Below are positions 27,701-42,700 of a stretch of DNA of 64,000 nucleotides, one piece after another. The notes under the pieces are model-generated. The model was not told the origin of the DNA. It saw only the letters and a list, made by a program, of their open reading frames with translations, and did no database searches. The stretch lies in contig CM069148.1 in the NCBI GenBank assembly GCA_035221665.1, positions 45,880,001 to 45,944,000 of the forward strand. The letters are read 5' to 3'. Source of the DNA: Okamejei kenojei. Its lineage: Eukaryota. The stretch's first letter is position 1. The number at the start of each line of letters is the position of its first letter. Position numbers and translations under genes: made by a program.

Positions 27701-30700
27701 AGAGCATATCGTACACCACTCTATACTGCACACCTGTGGTAAAACTACAGAAAAACAAGTTTACACAGATTTAAAATAGCGAATAATTATGCCATTAGAA
27801 TACTACTAAAGAAACCTACATGGTGTAGTGCAAGTGAAATGTTTGTGGCTGCAGGAGTCTGTACTTTACAAGCTATCCTAATAAATCATATGTATCAATT
27901 TATTGGCAGGATTAATGGCTCTGAAAAAGAAGTTATCTTGGTCTAATCAAACATAAGGTTTAGCACAACACGCTACCAATCACAGCTGTGGACATTGGTA
28001 TTGTTGTCTTGTTGTAGGACATGATCTTTCTTTTTATTCTGGATTTTAAATCATGTATTGTATTTTTGTGTATAATCTTTGATGCTCATAAGAAATTTAC
28101 TAAGCTTTTATATGTATTATGGTGTTTTTATATGCAATGTATTCTATGTAATGTCACCTTTTATTGGACCTTGAGTCTGAAACAAAATTTTAATTAGAAA
28201 ATTAAAACAATTGATTAATTAATTAATTGACACACTTACCAGGGAGCATTATTCGCCCGTCATTCTCACAGGTACATGCTGTAGTTCCTCTTGACGTTGG
28301 TGTTACTGTCACTGTTGTAGCTGATGTTGTGGTTTCTGCTGGTGTGGTTGTAGTTTCACATCTTCCGTGTACTTCAGAATTTCACAATCCTCAGCACACA
28401 GAGTAAAGTTACAGAGGCCTGATTTATCTGCAGAAGTCACAGTTGCCTGACCTGGAGGCAAAATAATGAAAATCAGGGTGAGTGAACCTGAATGTAATGA
28501 AACCATGAAATATCTTTATCTCCGCTAATGAAGCTTGTTCATATCCATCACTTGAGAAATAAGTCTTAAATTTGTGAATATTATTTAGCAGACTGTGTGT
28601 CAAGAATCAGGATGTTCTGAACCTCATCCGGTAAACACCAGGGTCTGGTTGTGAAGCTTAACATTTTGGCAAAGCAGCTTGCTGCTGACAGGCTGTGTAA
28701 AAGGAAATTGTGGAGTGAATGTAAAGGCACAATACAGGAATCAGCAGACAATAGCGCGGCAATTGCAGAACGGATACGCAGTTGCATGATTCATTATTGA
28801 GAGGGGATGGTGATATCTCCAGAATGTGCGAGATCAGGCGTGTACAATTAACTTTGGAGATGGGTGGACATACGTTTTCCCAAGGAAAAGCAAGTGTGTG
28901 TAATTATTTGCCACGCATTGCCAATCAATGCTGTTGCAATTTTCTGCATTGGGATTATGGATGACATCACAACCTGATGTTGCTGCTGAGGTCCACTTGA
29001 AACAATTTTATCCTGGAGCTCAACAGTTGCAAGCAACAAGCCTCTGATCACGTTGAAACAATTAAGAACTCAAACAAATTAATTCACTAGAAAATAAAGG
29101 TAGTATAGAAATACATTAGCACTATGTATTATCATGTTGAAATAAAGATTGGAGCAACACATTCACAATCTGAGGCACTTCTTGCATTCATCTTAAGATA
29201 GCAAGAGTCATTAAACAAAATATGTTTCTTTGCAATGTGCATGGAAGAGGTCTATGATAATTGACACACTTACCAGGTACCATTTTTCGCCCGTCATTCT
29301 CACAGGTACATGTGGTAGTTCCTACCCAAGAGACAGCTGTAAAGCTCTTTCTTTGAAATGTGAACAGAAGAGCACTTTGATTACTGACACACTTACCTGG
29401 TGACATTATATGTCCGTCAACATCACATGAACAGATTGTAGTTCCTTTTGACGTTGGTGTTACTGTCACTGTTGTAGCTGATGTTGTGGTTTCTGCTGGT
29501 GTGGTTGTACTTTCACATCTTCCTGTGTACTTCAGAACTTCACAATCCTCAGTACACAGAGTAAAGTTACAGAGGCCTGATTTGCCTGCAGACGTCACAG
29601 TTGCCTGACCTGGTGGCGAAGAAAAGAAAATCAGGTTGTGTACACTTGAAGGTGATGTAACTGATGACTATCTTTATGTTTGAGCCCACCTCCCCCATCC
29701 CGTCCTCACCACTTTCTACAGGGGCACCATAGAGAGTATTTTGACCAGTTGCATCTCTGTCTGGTTTGGGGACTGTTAAAACCTCCAACTGGAAGACCGT
29801 GCAGAGAGTGGTGAGGACAGCTGAAAAAATCGTCGAGACTTCTCTCCCCTCAATCGGGGATATTGCGACCAAACGTAGCGTGTCTAAGGCCAGCAGTATT
29901 ATAAAGGACCCCACACATCTCCATCACGGACCGTTCACTCTGCTGCCCTCGGGCAAAAGATATCGTAGCATAAGGAGCAGAACATCAAGGTTCTGCAACA
30001 GCTTCTTCCCACGAGCCATCAGACTCCTGAATGCCATGTAATGGGCTGCCACCATTGTCTATGTATCCTTTTATCCTTCTATCCATTTTATCCATTTTAT
30101 CCTTCTGTTTATTATCGTGTTGCACGGGGAGCCAGCAATGATGGATTTTAGAAATACATCGATGCATGTATCGATGTATTTCTAAATGACAATAACGTTT
30201 GTTTGACTTTGACTTGATATTGTAGCTGAATTATTGCGGTTGTGCAGAATTGTTGAGGAGGCTTTATTATAATTTCAAAGAATTTGTATAAATTCTCAAC
30301 AAATTCTCAACCACATCTGAGCAAAGACCAGTGTGTGATTTCATATCATAGCTTGCGGCTGGCAGGCCTTGTAAAAGACAATAGGAGAGAGAATGTAAAT
30401 CAGCGGAAGAGTGAGCGACAATTGCAGTAAGGTTGCTCTGTTGCTTAGTTCATTTTTGGGCAGAAATACCTTTTTTCAGGGGAGGTATGATCTGGCCCAT
30501 AACACAATACATGGGGTCGGGTGGACAACAACATTTCCAGTATAAAAGTGTAGGTCCACACTCGTGAGTAAACCTCTATGATCAGTGTTGCTGCCAATCG
30601 CAATGTTGGGGTGCTGAATTATATCGTAACAAGATGTTGCATTTTAGGATCATTTGCACCAAATATATCGTGTAGCTCAATGGTTCCATTGGAGCAACGA

Positions 30701-33700
30701 AAAACTTTGACCCAAACAGAAAAATCATTGAGAGAAATAAGATGCTATAATTTCTATTAACATTTATAGGATAATGCATTTGCTTCATAATCTGATGCAT
30801 TTCTGGCAGTCATCTACACGTAGCTAAAGACTGAGGTAAACCCCTTACTTTGAAATGTGACTGGAAGAGCACTTTGATAATTGACACACTTACCAGGTGA
30901 CATTATATGTCCGTCATCATCACAGGAACAGAGGGTAGTTCCTTTTGACGTTGGTGTTACTGTCACTGTTGTAGCTGATGTTGTGGTTTCTGCTGGTGTG
31001 GTTGTACTTTCACATCTTCCTGTGTACTTCAGAACTTCACAATCCTCAGTACACAGAGTAAAGTTACAGAGGCCTGATTTACCTGCAGAAGTCACAGTTG
31101 CCTGACCTGGAGGCAAATGAAAAAATATCAGGTTGTGTACACCTGAAGATGATGTAATTGATGACTATCTTTATGTATGATGTTGAAATTGGTTCATGTC
31201 TTTCACTTGGGAAATAAGTTTGAAATGTGTGAATATTATTTTGCCGACTGCATCAAGGATCAGGATGTTCTGAACCAAATCTGAGCAAACAGCATTGTCA
31301 GCTGCGATGCAAACAAACACAACTGTACAATGGGAGCTGGTTGGCAGCTTAAGGACTAATGTGGTTCTTTCCAGACTCTTTTAGATCCTTTTGAGATTTG
31401 GAACAACACCAACAGTCACCATGTAGACATACACACACTAGGAGCAGAAACTGCCTCTCAAATCCAATCCACCAGTCGTAGTGTTATACAGCATTGAAAC
31501 GCATCCAAGCTAACCAAATTACCTGATTGAATTTCCGATTTACCTGTGATTGGCCCATAATCATTTGAACCTTAGTACAGAGTAAAGTTACACAGCCCTG
31601 ATTTACCGGCAGACATCACCATTGCCTGACGTGGAGGCAAAGTAAAGAAAATCAGGGTTTGCGAACCTGCATGTTATATAATCATAAAATATCTTTATCT
31701 CTGCTGATGACGCTGGTTCATGCATTTCACTTAGTAAGTAAGTTTGAAATATGAGAATATTATTTTGTAGAATGCATCAAAGATCGGGACGTTCTGAACA
31801 ACATCTGTGTAAGTACCAGGGTCTAGTTGTGAAGCATAACATTTTTAGCAGAGGATTACTTGACAACTGCATAACGGATACTCATTTGCATGATTCATTA
31901 TTGCGAGGAATTGGCAATGTCTCCTGAAGATGCGTGATCAGGCGTGTACAATTAACCTTGGAAATGGGTGAACACACGTTTTCCCAATGAAAAGCAAGGG
32001 TGTGATTATTTGCCATCCGTTGCCAATCAATGCTGCTGCCATTTTCAGCTTTGGGATTATGGATTTCTTTGTCTTTTCAATGTGAACGGAAGAGCTCTGT
32101 GATAATTGACACACTTACCAGGTAACATTATTCGCCCGTCATTCTCACAGGTACATGTGGTAGTTCCTCTTGACGTTGGTGTTACTGTCACTGTTGTAGC
32201 TGATGTTGTAGTTTCTGCTGGTGTGCTTGTACTTTCACATCTTCCTGTGTACTTCATAACTTTACAATCTTCAGTACACAGAATGAAGTTACAGAGGCCT
32301 GATTTACCTGTAGACGTCACAGTTGCCTGACCTGGAAGCAAAGAAAAGAAAATCAGGTTGTAATTTCAAAGTGTTTGCATCAAGAATCAAGAAATGATGT
32401 ACCTCGTTTGATCAAACACAGTGCGTGACTTCATATCGTAGATTGTGGCTGGCAGGCCTTGTAAAAGGGAATTGTGGGGAGAATATAATATAGAAATAAG
32501 CAGAAGAGTGAGCGGCAATTGCAGTAAGGTTGCTCAGTTGCGAAGTTCATTTTTGGGCAGAAATAACCTTTTTCACGGAGGCATGATCTGGCCCACAACT
32601 GAAACCATGGGCGGACCACAAAATTTCCAGTATGAAAGTGTAGGTCCACATTGTGAGCAAACCTCTCTGATCAATGCTGCTGTCAAGCAGAATGAAGGGA
32701 TGTTGAACTTTGTCGTAACATGATGTTGCATTTAAGGAGCATTTGAATGAATTACATCCTGTAGCTCTATGGTTTGCAAGAAGAAGTATCCGGTGATTTT
32801 AAACTATTAAGAGCTTCAACCACATTAACTCAAATGGAAAAAACTAAGAAAGCAGAAAGATTCTATAATTTATGTTGACATGTTTAGAACTGTGCATCAA
32901 CTTCATAATTGGATGCATTTCTTGCTATCATCTGCACTTAGCAAGAAACAGATGAAGGTTCCATAGATGCTGCCTCACCCGCTGAGTTACACGAGCATGT
33001 TTGACTACCCAAGAGACAGCTGTAAAGCTCTTTCTTTGAAATATGAACAGAAGAGCACTTTGATTACTGACACACTTACCTGGTGACATTATATGTCCGT
33101 CAACATCACATGAACAGATTGTAGTTCCTTTTGACGTTGGTGTTACTGTCACTGTTGTAGCTGATGTTGTGGTTTCTGCTGTTGTGGTTGTACTTTCACA
33201 TCTTCCTGTGTACTTCAGAACTTCACAATCCTCAGTACACAGAGTAAAGTTACAGAGGCCTGATTTACCTGCAGAAGTCACAGTTGCCTGACCTGGAGGC
33301 AAAGAAAAAAATATCAGGTTGTGTACACGTAAAGGTGATGTAACTGATGACTATCTTTATGTATGATGTTGAAGCTGGTTCATGTCTTTCACTTGGGAAA
33401 TAAGTTTGAAATATGTGAATATTATTTTGCCGACTGCATCAAGGATCAGGATGTTCTGAACCAAATCTGAGCAAACAGCATTGTCTGCGTTTTTGGAGCT
33501 GGTTGGCAGCGGTTCATCCAAGATTCTTTTGAGATTTGGAACAACACCAACAGCCACCATGTAGACATACACACACTAGGAGCAGGAACTGCCTCTCAAA
33601 TCCAATCCACCAGTCGTAGTGTTATACAGCATTTTAACTCATCCAAGCTAACCAAATTACCTAATAGAATTTCCCATTTACTTGTGTTTGGCCCATAATC

Positions 33701-36700
33701 ATTTTAACCTTAGTACACAGAGTAAAGTTACACAGCCCTGATTTACCGGCAGACATCACCATTGCCTGACGTGGAGGCAAAGTAAAGAAAATCAGGGTTT
33801 GCGAACCTGCATGTTATATAATCATAAAATATCTTTATCTCTGCTGATGATGCTGGTTCATGCTTTTCACTTAGTAAGTAAGTTTGTAATATGAGAATAT
33901 GATTTTGCAGAATGCATCAAAGATCAGGACGTTCTGATCCACATTTGTGTAAGTACCAGGTTCTAGTTGTGAAGCATAACATTTTGGCAAAGCTGGTTGC
34001 TGCTGACAGGCAGTGTCAAAGGGAATTCTAGAGTGAATGTGAAAGCACAATACAGGAATGAGCAGAAGATTACTTGACAACTGCATCACGGATACTCATT
34101 TGCATGATTCATTTTTGCGAAGGGATGGCAATGTCTCCTGAAGGTGCGTGATCAGGCGTGTACAATTAAACTTGGAAATGGGTGAACATACGTTTTCCCA
34201 ATGAAAAGCAAGAGTGTGATTATTTGCCATCCGTTGCCAATCAATGCTGCTGCCATTTTCAGCTTTGGGATTATGGATTTATTTGTCTTTTCAATGTGAA
34301 TGGAAGAGCTCTGTGATAATTGACACACTTACCAGGTAACATTATTCGCCCGTCATTCTCACAGGTACATGTGGTAGTTCCTCTTGACGTTGGTGTTACT
34401 GTCACTGTTGTAGCTGATGTTGTAGTTTCTGCTGGTGTGGTTGTACTTTCACATCTTCCTGTGTACTTCATAACTTTACAATCTTCAGTACACAGAATGA
34501 AGTTACAGAGGCCTGATTTACCTGTAGACGTCACGGTTGCCTGACCTGGAAGCAAAGAAAAGAAAATCAGGTTGTAATTTCAAAGTGTTTGCATCAAGAA
34601 TCAAGAAATGATGTACCTCGTTTGATCAAACACAGTGCGTGACTTCATATCGTAGATTGTGGCTGGCAGGCCTTGTAAAAGGGAATTGCGGGGAGAATAT
34701 AATATAGAAATAAGCAGAAGAGTGAGTGGCAATTGCAGTAAGGTTGCTCAGTTGCGAAGTTCATTTTTGGGCAGAAATAACTTTTTTCACGGGAGGCATG
34801 ATCTGGCCCATAACAGAAACCATGGGCGGACCACAAAATTTCCAGTATGAAAGTGTAGGTCCACATTGTGAGCAAACCTCTCTGATCAATGCTGCTGTCA
34901 AGCAGAATGTAGGGATGTTGAACTTTGTCGTAACATGATGTTGCATTTAAGGAGCATTTGAATGAATTACATCCTGTAGCTCTATGGTTTCAAAGAAGAA
35001 GTCTCCGGTGATTTTAAACTATTAAGAGCTTCAACCACATTAACTCAAATGGAAAAAACTAAGAAAGCAGAAAGATTCAGGTTCCATTAATGCTGCCTCA
35101 CCCGCTGAGTTTCACCAGCATTTTTGACTACCCAAGAGACAGCTGTAAAGCTCTTTCTTTGAAATGTGAACAGAAGAGCACTTTGATTACTGACACACTT
35201 ACCTGGTGACATTATATGTCCGTCAACATCACATGAACAGATTGTAGTTCCTTTTGATGTTGGTGTTACTGTCACTGTTGTAGCTGGTGTTGTGGTTTCT
35301 GCTGGTGTGGTTGTACTTTCACATCTTCCTGTGTACTTCAGAACTTCACAATCCTCAGTACACAGAGTAAAGTTACAGAGGCCTGATTTTCCTGCAGAAG
35401 TCACAGTTGCCTGACCTGGAGGCAAAGAAAAAAATATCAGGTTGTGTACACGTAAAGGTGATGTAACTGATGACTATCTTTATGTATGATGTTGAAGCTG
35501 GTTCATGTCTTTCACATGGGAAATGTTTGAAATATGTGAATATTATTTTGCCGACTGCATCAAGGATCAGGATGTTCTGAACCAAATCTGAGCAAACAGC
35601 ATTGTCTGCGTTTTTGGAGCTGGTTGGCAGCGGTTCTTCCAAGATCATTTTGAGATTTGGAACAACACCAACAGTCACCATGTAGACATACACACACTAG
35701 GAGCAGGAACTGCCTCTCAAATCCAATCCACCAGTCGTAGTGTTATACAGCATTGAAACTCATCCAAGCTAACCAAATTACCTAATAGAATTTCCCATTT
35801 ACTTGTGATTGGCCCATAATCATTTGAACCTTAGTACACGAAGTTACACAGCCCTGAATTACCGGCAGACATCACCATTGCCTGACGTGGAGGCAAAGTA
35901 AAGAAAATCAGGGTTTGCGAACCTGCATGTTATATAATCATAAAATATCTTTATCTCTGCTGATGACGCTGGTTCATGCTTTTCACTTAGTAAGTAAGTG
36001 TGTAATATGAGAATATGATTTTGCAGAATGCATCAAAGATCAGGACGTTCTGATCCACATTTGTGTAAGTACCAGGTTCTAGTTGTGAAGCATAACATTT
36101 TGGCAAAGCTGGTTGCTGCTGACAGGCAGTGTCAAAGGGAATTCTAGAGTGAATGTGAAAGCACAATACAGGAATGAGCAGAAGATTACTTGACAACTGC
36201 ATCACGGATACTCATTTGCATGATTCATTTTTGCGAAGGGATGGCAATGTCTCCTGAAGGTGCGTGATCAGGCGTGTACAATTAACCTTGGAAATGGGTG
36301 AACATACGTTTTCCCAATGAAAAGCAAGGGTGTGATTATTTGCCATCCATTGCCAATCAATGCTGCTGCCATTTTCAGCTTTGGGATTATGGATTTCTTT
36401 TTCTTTTCAATGTGAACGGAAGAGCTCTGTGATAATTGACACACTTACCAGGTAACATTATTCGCCCGTCATTCTCACAGGTACATGTGGTAGTTCCTCT
36501 TGACGTTGGTGTTACTGTCACTGTTGTAGCTGATGTTGTAGTTTCTGCTGGCGTGGTTGTACTTTCACATCTTCCTGTGTACTTCATAACTTTACAATCT
36601 TCAGTACACAGAATGAAGTTACAGAGGCCTGATTTACCTGTAGACGTCACGGTTGCCTGACCTGGAAGCAAAGAAAAGAAAATCAGGTTGTAATTTCAAA

Positions 36701-39700
36701 GTGTTTGCATCAAGAATCATGAAATGATGTACCTCGTTTGATCAAACACAGTGCGTGACTTCATATCGTAGATTGTGGCTGGCAGGCCTTGTAAAAGGGA
36801 ATTGTGGGGAGAATATAATATAGAAATAAGCAGAAGAGTGAGTGGCAATTGCAGTAAGGTTGTTCCGTTGCGAAGTTCATTTTTGGGCAGAAATAACTTT
36901 TTTCACGGGAGGCATGATCTGGCCCATAACAGAAACCATGGGCGGACCACAAAATTTCCAGTATGAAAGTGTAGGTCCACATTGTGAGCAAACCTCTCTG
37001 ATCAATGCTGCTGTCAAGCAGAATGTAGGGATGTTGAACTTTGTCGTAACATGATGTTGCATTTAAGGAGCATTTGAATGAATTACATCCTGTAGCTCTA
37101 TGGTTTCAAAGAAGAAGTCTCCGGTGATTTTAAACTATTAAGAGCTTCAACCACATTAACTCAAATGGAAAAAACTAAGAAAGCAGAAAGATTCTATAAT
37201 TTATGTTGACATGTTTAGAACTGTGCATCAACTTCATAATTGGATGCATTTCTTGCTATCATCTGCACTTAGCAAGAGTCAGATGTAGGTTCCATTGATG
37301 CTGCCTCACCCGCTGAGTTTCACCAGCATTTTTGACTACCCAAGAGACAGCTGTAAAGCTCTTTCTTTGAAATGTGAACAGAAGAGCACTTTGATTACTG
37401 ACACACTTACCTGGTGACATTATATGTCCGTCAACATCACATGAACAGATTGTAGTTCCTTTTGACGTTGGTGTTACTGTCACTGTTGTAGCTGATGTTG
37501 TGGTTTCTGCTGTTGTGGTTGTACTTTCACATCTTCCTGTGTACTTCAGAACTTCACAATCCTCAGTACACAGAGTAAAGTTACAGAGGCCTGATTTACC
37601 TGCAGAAGTCACAGTTGCCTGACCTGGAGGCAAAGAAAAAAATATCAGGTTGTGTACACGTAAAGGTGATGTAACTGATGACTATCTATCTTTATGTATG
37701 ATGTTGAAGCTGGTTCATGTCTTTCACTTGGGAAATGTTTGAAATATGTGAATATTATTTTGCCGACTGCATCAAGGATCAGGATGTTCTGAACCAAATC
37801 TGAGCAAACAGCATTGTCTGCGTTTTTGGAGCTGGTTGGCAGCGGTTCTTCCAAGATCCTTTTGAGATTTGGAACAACACCAACAGCCACCATGTAGACA
37901 TACACACACTAGGAGCAGGAACTGCCTCTCAAATCCAATCCACCAGTCGTAGTGTTATACAGCATTGAAACTCATCCAAGCTAACCAAATTACCTAATAG
38001 AATTTCCCATTTACTTTTGATTGGCCCATAATCATTTGAACCTTAGTACACAAAGTTACACAGCCCTGATTTACCGGCAGACATCACCATTGCCTGACGT
38101 GGAGGCAAAGTAAAGAAAATCAGGGTTTGCGAACCTGCATGTTATATAATCATAAAATATCTTTATCTCTGCTGATGACGCTGGTTCATGCGTTTCACTT
38201 AGTAAGTAAGTTTGTAATATGAGAATATGATTTTGCAGAATGCATCAAAGATCAGGACGTTCTGAACCACATCTGTGTAAGTACCAGGTTCTAGTTGTGA
38301 AGCATAACATTTTGGCAAAGCTGGTTGCTGCTGACAGGCAGTGTCAAAGGGAATTCTAGAGTGAATGTGAAAGCACAATACAGGAATGAGCAGAAGATTA
38401 CTTGACAACTGCATCACGGATACTCATTTGCATGATTCATTTTTGCGAAGGGATGGCAATGTCTCCTGAAGGTGCGTGATCAGGCGTGTACAATTAACCT
38501 TGGAAATGGGTGAACATACGTTTTCCCAATGAAAAGCAAGGGTGTGATTATTTGCCATCCGTTGCCAATCAATGCTGCTGCCATTTTCAGCTTTGGGATT
38601 ATGGATTTCTTTGTCTTTTCAATGTGAATGGAAGAGCTCTGTTATAATTGACACACTTACCAGGTAACATTATTCGCCCGTCATTCTCACAGGTACATGT
38701 GGTAGTTCCTCTTGACGTTGGTGTTACTGTCACTGTTGTAGCTGATGTTGTAGTTTCTGCTGGTGTGGTTGTACTTTCACATTTTCCTGAGTACTTTGTA
38801 ACTTTACAATCTTCAGTACACAGAATGAAGTTACAGAGGCCTGATTTACCTGTAGACGTCACGGTTGCCTGACCTGGAAGCAAAGAAAAGAAAATCAGGT
38901 TGTAATTTCAAAGTGTTTGCATCAAGAATCAAGAAATGATGAACATCATTTGATCAAACACAGTGCGTGACTTCATATCGTAGCTTGTGGCTGGCAGGCC
39001 TTGTAAAAGGGAATTGCGGGGAGAATATAATATATAAATAAGCAGAAGAGTGAGCGGCAATTGCAGTAAGGTTGCTCAGTTGCGTAGTTCATTTTTGGGC
39101 AGAAATAACTTTTTTCACGGGAGGCATGATCTGGCCCATAACAGAAACCATGGGCGGACCACAAAATTTCCAGTATGAAAGTGTAGGTCCACATTGTGAG
39201 CAAACCTCTCTGATCAATGCTGCTGCCAAGCAGAATGTAGGGATGTTGAACTTTATCGTAACATGATGTTGCATTTAAGGCGCATTTGAATTAATTACAT
39301 CCTGTAGCTCTATGGTTGCAAAGAAGAAGTATCCGGTGATTTTAAACTATTAAGAGCTTCAACCACATTAACTCAAATGGAAAAAACTAAGAAAGCAAAA
39401 AGATTCTATAATTTATGTTGACATGTTGTGAACTGTGCATCAACTTCATAATTGGATGCATTTCTTGCTATCATCTGCAGTTAGCAAGAAACAGATGAAG
39501 GTTCCATAGATGCTGCCTCACCCGCTGAGTTACACGAGCATGTTTGACTACCCAAGAGACAGCTGTAAAACTCTTTCTTTGAAATGTGAACAGAAGAGCA
39601 CTTTGATTACTGACACACTTACCTGGTGACATTATATGTCCGTCAACATCACATGAACAGATTGTAGTTCCTTTTGATGTTGGTGTTACTGTCACTGTTG

Positions 39701-42700
39701 TAGCTGATGTTGTGGTTTCTGCTGTTGTGGTTGTACTTTCACATCTTCCTGTGTACTTCAGAACTTCACAATCCTCAGTACACAGAGTAAAGTTACAGAG
39801 GCCTGATTTACCTGCAGAAGTCACAGTTGCCTGACCTGGAGTCAAAGAAAAAAATATCAGGTTGTGTACATGTGATGTAACTGATGACTATCTTTATGTA
39901 TGATGTTGAAGCTGGTTCATGTCTTTCACTTGGGAAATGTTTGAAATATGTGAATATTATTTTGCCGACTTCATCAAGGTTCAGGATGTTCTGAACCAAA
40001 TCTGAGCAAACAGCATTGTCTGCGTTTTTGGTGCTGGTTGGCAACGGTTCATCCAAGATTCTTTTGAGATTTGGAACAACACCAACAGCCACCATGTAGA
40101 CATACACACACTAGGAGCAGGAACTGCCTCTCAAATCCAATCCACCAGTCGTAGTGTTATACAGCATTTTAACTCATCCAAGCTAACCAAATTACCTAAT
40201 AGAATTTCCCATTTACTTGTGTTTGGCCCATAATCATTTGAACCTTAGTGCACAAAGTTACACAGCCCTGATTTACCGGCAGACATCACCATTGCCTGAC
40301 GTGGAGGCAAAGTAAAGAATATCAAGGTTTGCAAACCTGCATGTTATATAATCATAAAATATCTTTATCTCTGCTGATGATGCTGGTTCATGCGTTTCAC
40401 TTAGTAAGTAAGTTTGTAATATGAGAATATGATTTTGCAGAATGCATCAAAGATCAGGACGTTCTGAACCACATCTGTGTAAGTACCAGGTTCTAGTTGT
40501 GAAGCATAACATTTTGGCAAAGCTGGTTGCTGCTGACAGGCAGTGTCAAAGGGAATTCTAGAGTGAATGTGAAAGCACAATACAGGAATCAGCAGAAGAT
40601 TACTTGACAACTGCATCACGGATACTCATTTGCATGATTCATTTTTGAGAAGGGATGGCAATGTCTCCTGAAGGTGCGTGATCATGCGTGTACAATTAAA
40701 CTTGGAAATGGGTGAACATACGTTTTCCCAATGAAAAGCAAGAGTGTGATTATTTGCCATCCGTTGCCAATCAATGCTGCTGCCATTTTCAGCTTTGGGA
40801 TTATGAATTTATTTGTCTTTTCAATGTGAATGGAAGAGCTATGTGATAATTGACACACTTACCAGGTAACATTATTCGCCCGACATTCTCACAGGTACAT
40901 GTGGTAGTTCCTCTTGACGTTGGTGTTACTGTCACTGTTGTAGCTGATGTTGTAGTTTCTGCTGGTGTGGTTGTACTTTCACATCTTCCTGTGTACTTCA
41001 TAACTTTACAATCTTCAGTACACAGTATGAAGTTACAGAGGCCTGATTTACCTGTAGACGTCACGGTTGCCTGACCTGGAAGCAAAGAAAAGAAAATCAG
41101 GTTGTAATTTCAAAGTGTTTGCATCAAGAATCAAGAAATGATGTACCTCGTTTGATCAAACACAGTGCGTGACTTCATATCGTAGATTGTGGCTGGCAGG
41201 CCTTGTAAAAGGGAATTGCGGGGAGAATATAATATATAAATAAGCAGAAGAGTGAGTGGCAATTGCAGTAAGGTTGCTCAGTTGCGTAGTTCATTTTTGG
41301 GCAGAAATAACTTTTTTCACGCGAGGCATGATCTGGCCCACAACTGAAACCATGGGCGGACCACAAAATTTCCAGTATAAAAGTGTAGGTCCACATTGTG
41401 AGCAAACCTCTCTGATCAATGCTGCCGTCAAGCAGAATGTAGGGATGTTGAACTTTATCGTAACATGATGTTGCATTTAAGGAGCATTTGAATGAATTAC
41501 ATCCTGTAGCTCTATGGTTTCAAAGAAGAAGTCTCCGGTGATTTTAAACTATTAAGAGCTTCAACCACATTAACTCAAATGGAAAAAACTAAGAAAGCAA
41601 AAAGATTCTATAATTTATATTGACATGTTGTGGTTCATCATAAATGCATTTCTGCCTCACCTGCTGAGTTTCACCAGCATTTTTGACTACCCAAGAGACA
41701 GCTGTAAAGCTCTTTCTTTGAAATGTGAACAGAAGAGCACTTTGATTACTGACACACTTACCTGGTGACATTATATGTCCGTCAACATCACATGAACAGA
41801 TTGTAGTTCCTTTTGACGTTGGTGTTACTGTCACTGTTGTAGCTGATGTTGTGGTTTCTGCTGTTGTGGTTGTACTTTCACATCTTCCTGTGTACTTCAG
41901 AACTTCACAATCCTCAGTACACAGAGTAAAGTTACAGAGGCCTGATTTACCTGCAGAAGTCACAGTTGCCTGACCTGGAGGCAAAGAAAAAAATATCAGG
42001 TTGTGTACACGTAAAGGTGATGTAACTGATGACTATCTATCTTTATGTATGATGTTGAAGCTGGTTCATGTCTTTCTCTTGGGAAATAAGTTTGAAATAT
42101 GTGAATATTATTTTGCCGACTGCATCAAGGATCAGGATGTTCTGAACCAAATCTGAGCAAACAGCATTGTCTGCGTTTTTGGAGCTGGTTGGCAGCGGTT
42201 CTTCCAAGATTATTTTGAGATTTGGAACAACACCAACAGCCACCATGTAGTCATACACACACTAGGAGCAGGAACTGCCTCTCAAATCCAATCCACCAGT
42301 CGTAGTGTTATACAGCATTGAAACTCATCCAAGCTAACCAAATTACCTAATAGAATTTCCCATTTACTTTGTTTGGCCCATAATCATTTGAACCTTAGTA
42401 CACAAAGTTACACAGCCCTGATTTACCGGCAGACATCACCATTGCCTGACGTGGAGGCAAAGTAAAGAAAATCAGGGTTTGCGAACCTGCATGTTATATA
42501 ATCATAAAATATCTTTATCTCTGCTGATGACGCTGGTTCATGCGTTTCACTTAGTAAGTAAGTTTGTAATATGAGAATATGATTTTGCAGAATGCATCAA
42601 AGATCAGGACGTTCTGAACCACATCTGTGTAAGTACCAGGTTCTAGTTGTGAAGCATAACATTTTGGCAAAGCTGGTTGCTGCTGACAGGCAGTGTCAAA

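Noticed and set aside
30147-30186. 17-bp perfect hairpin
   Set aside because: It is the 3' stem-loop just before the tail of the Rex1/Babar LINE fragment.
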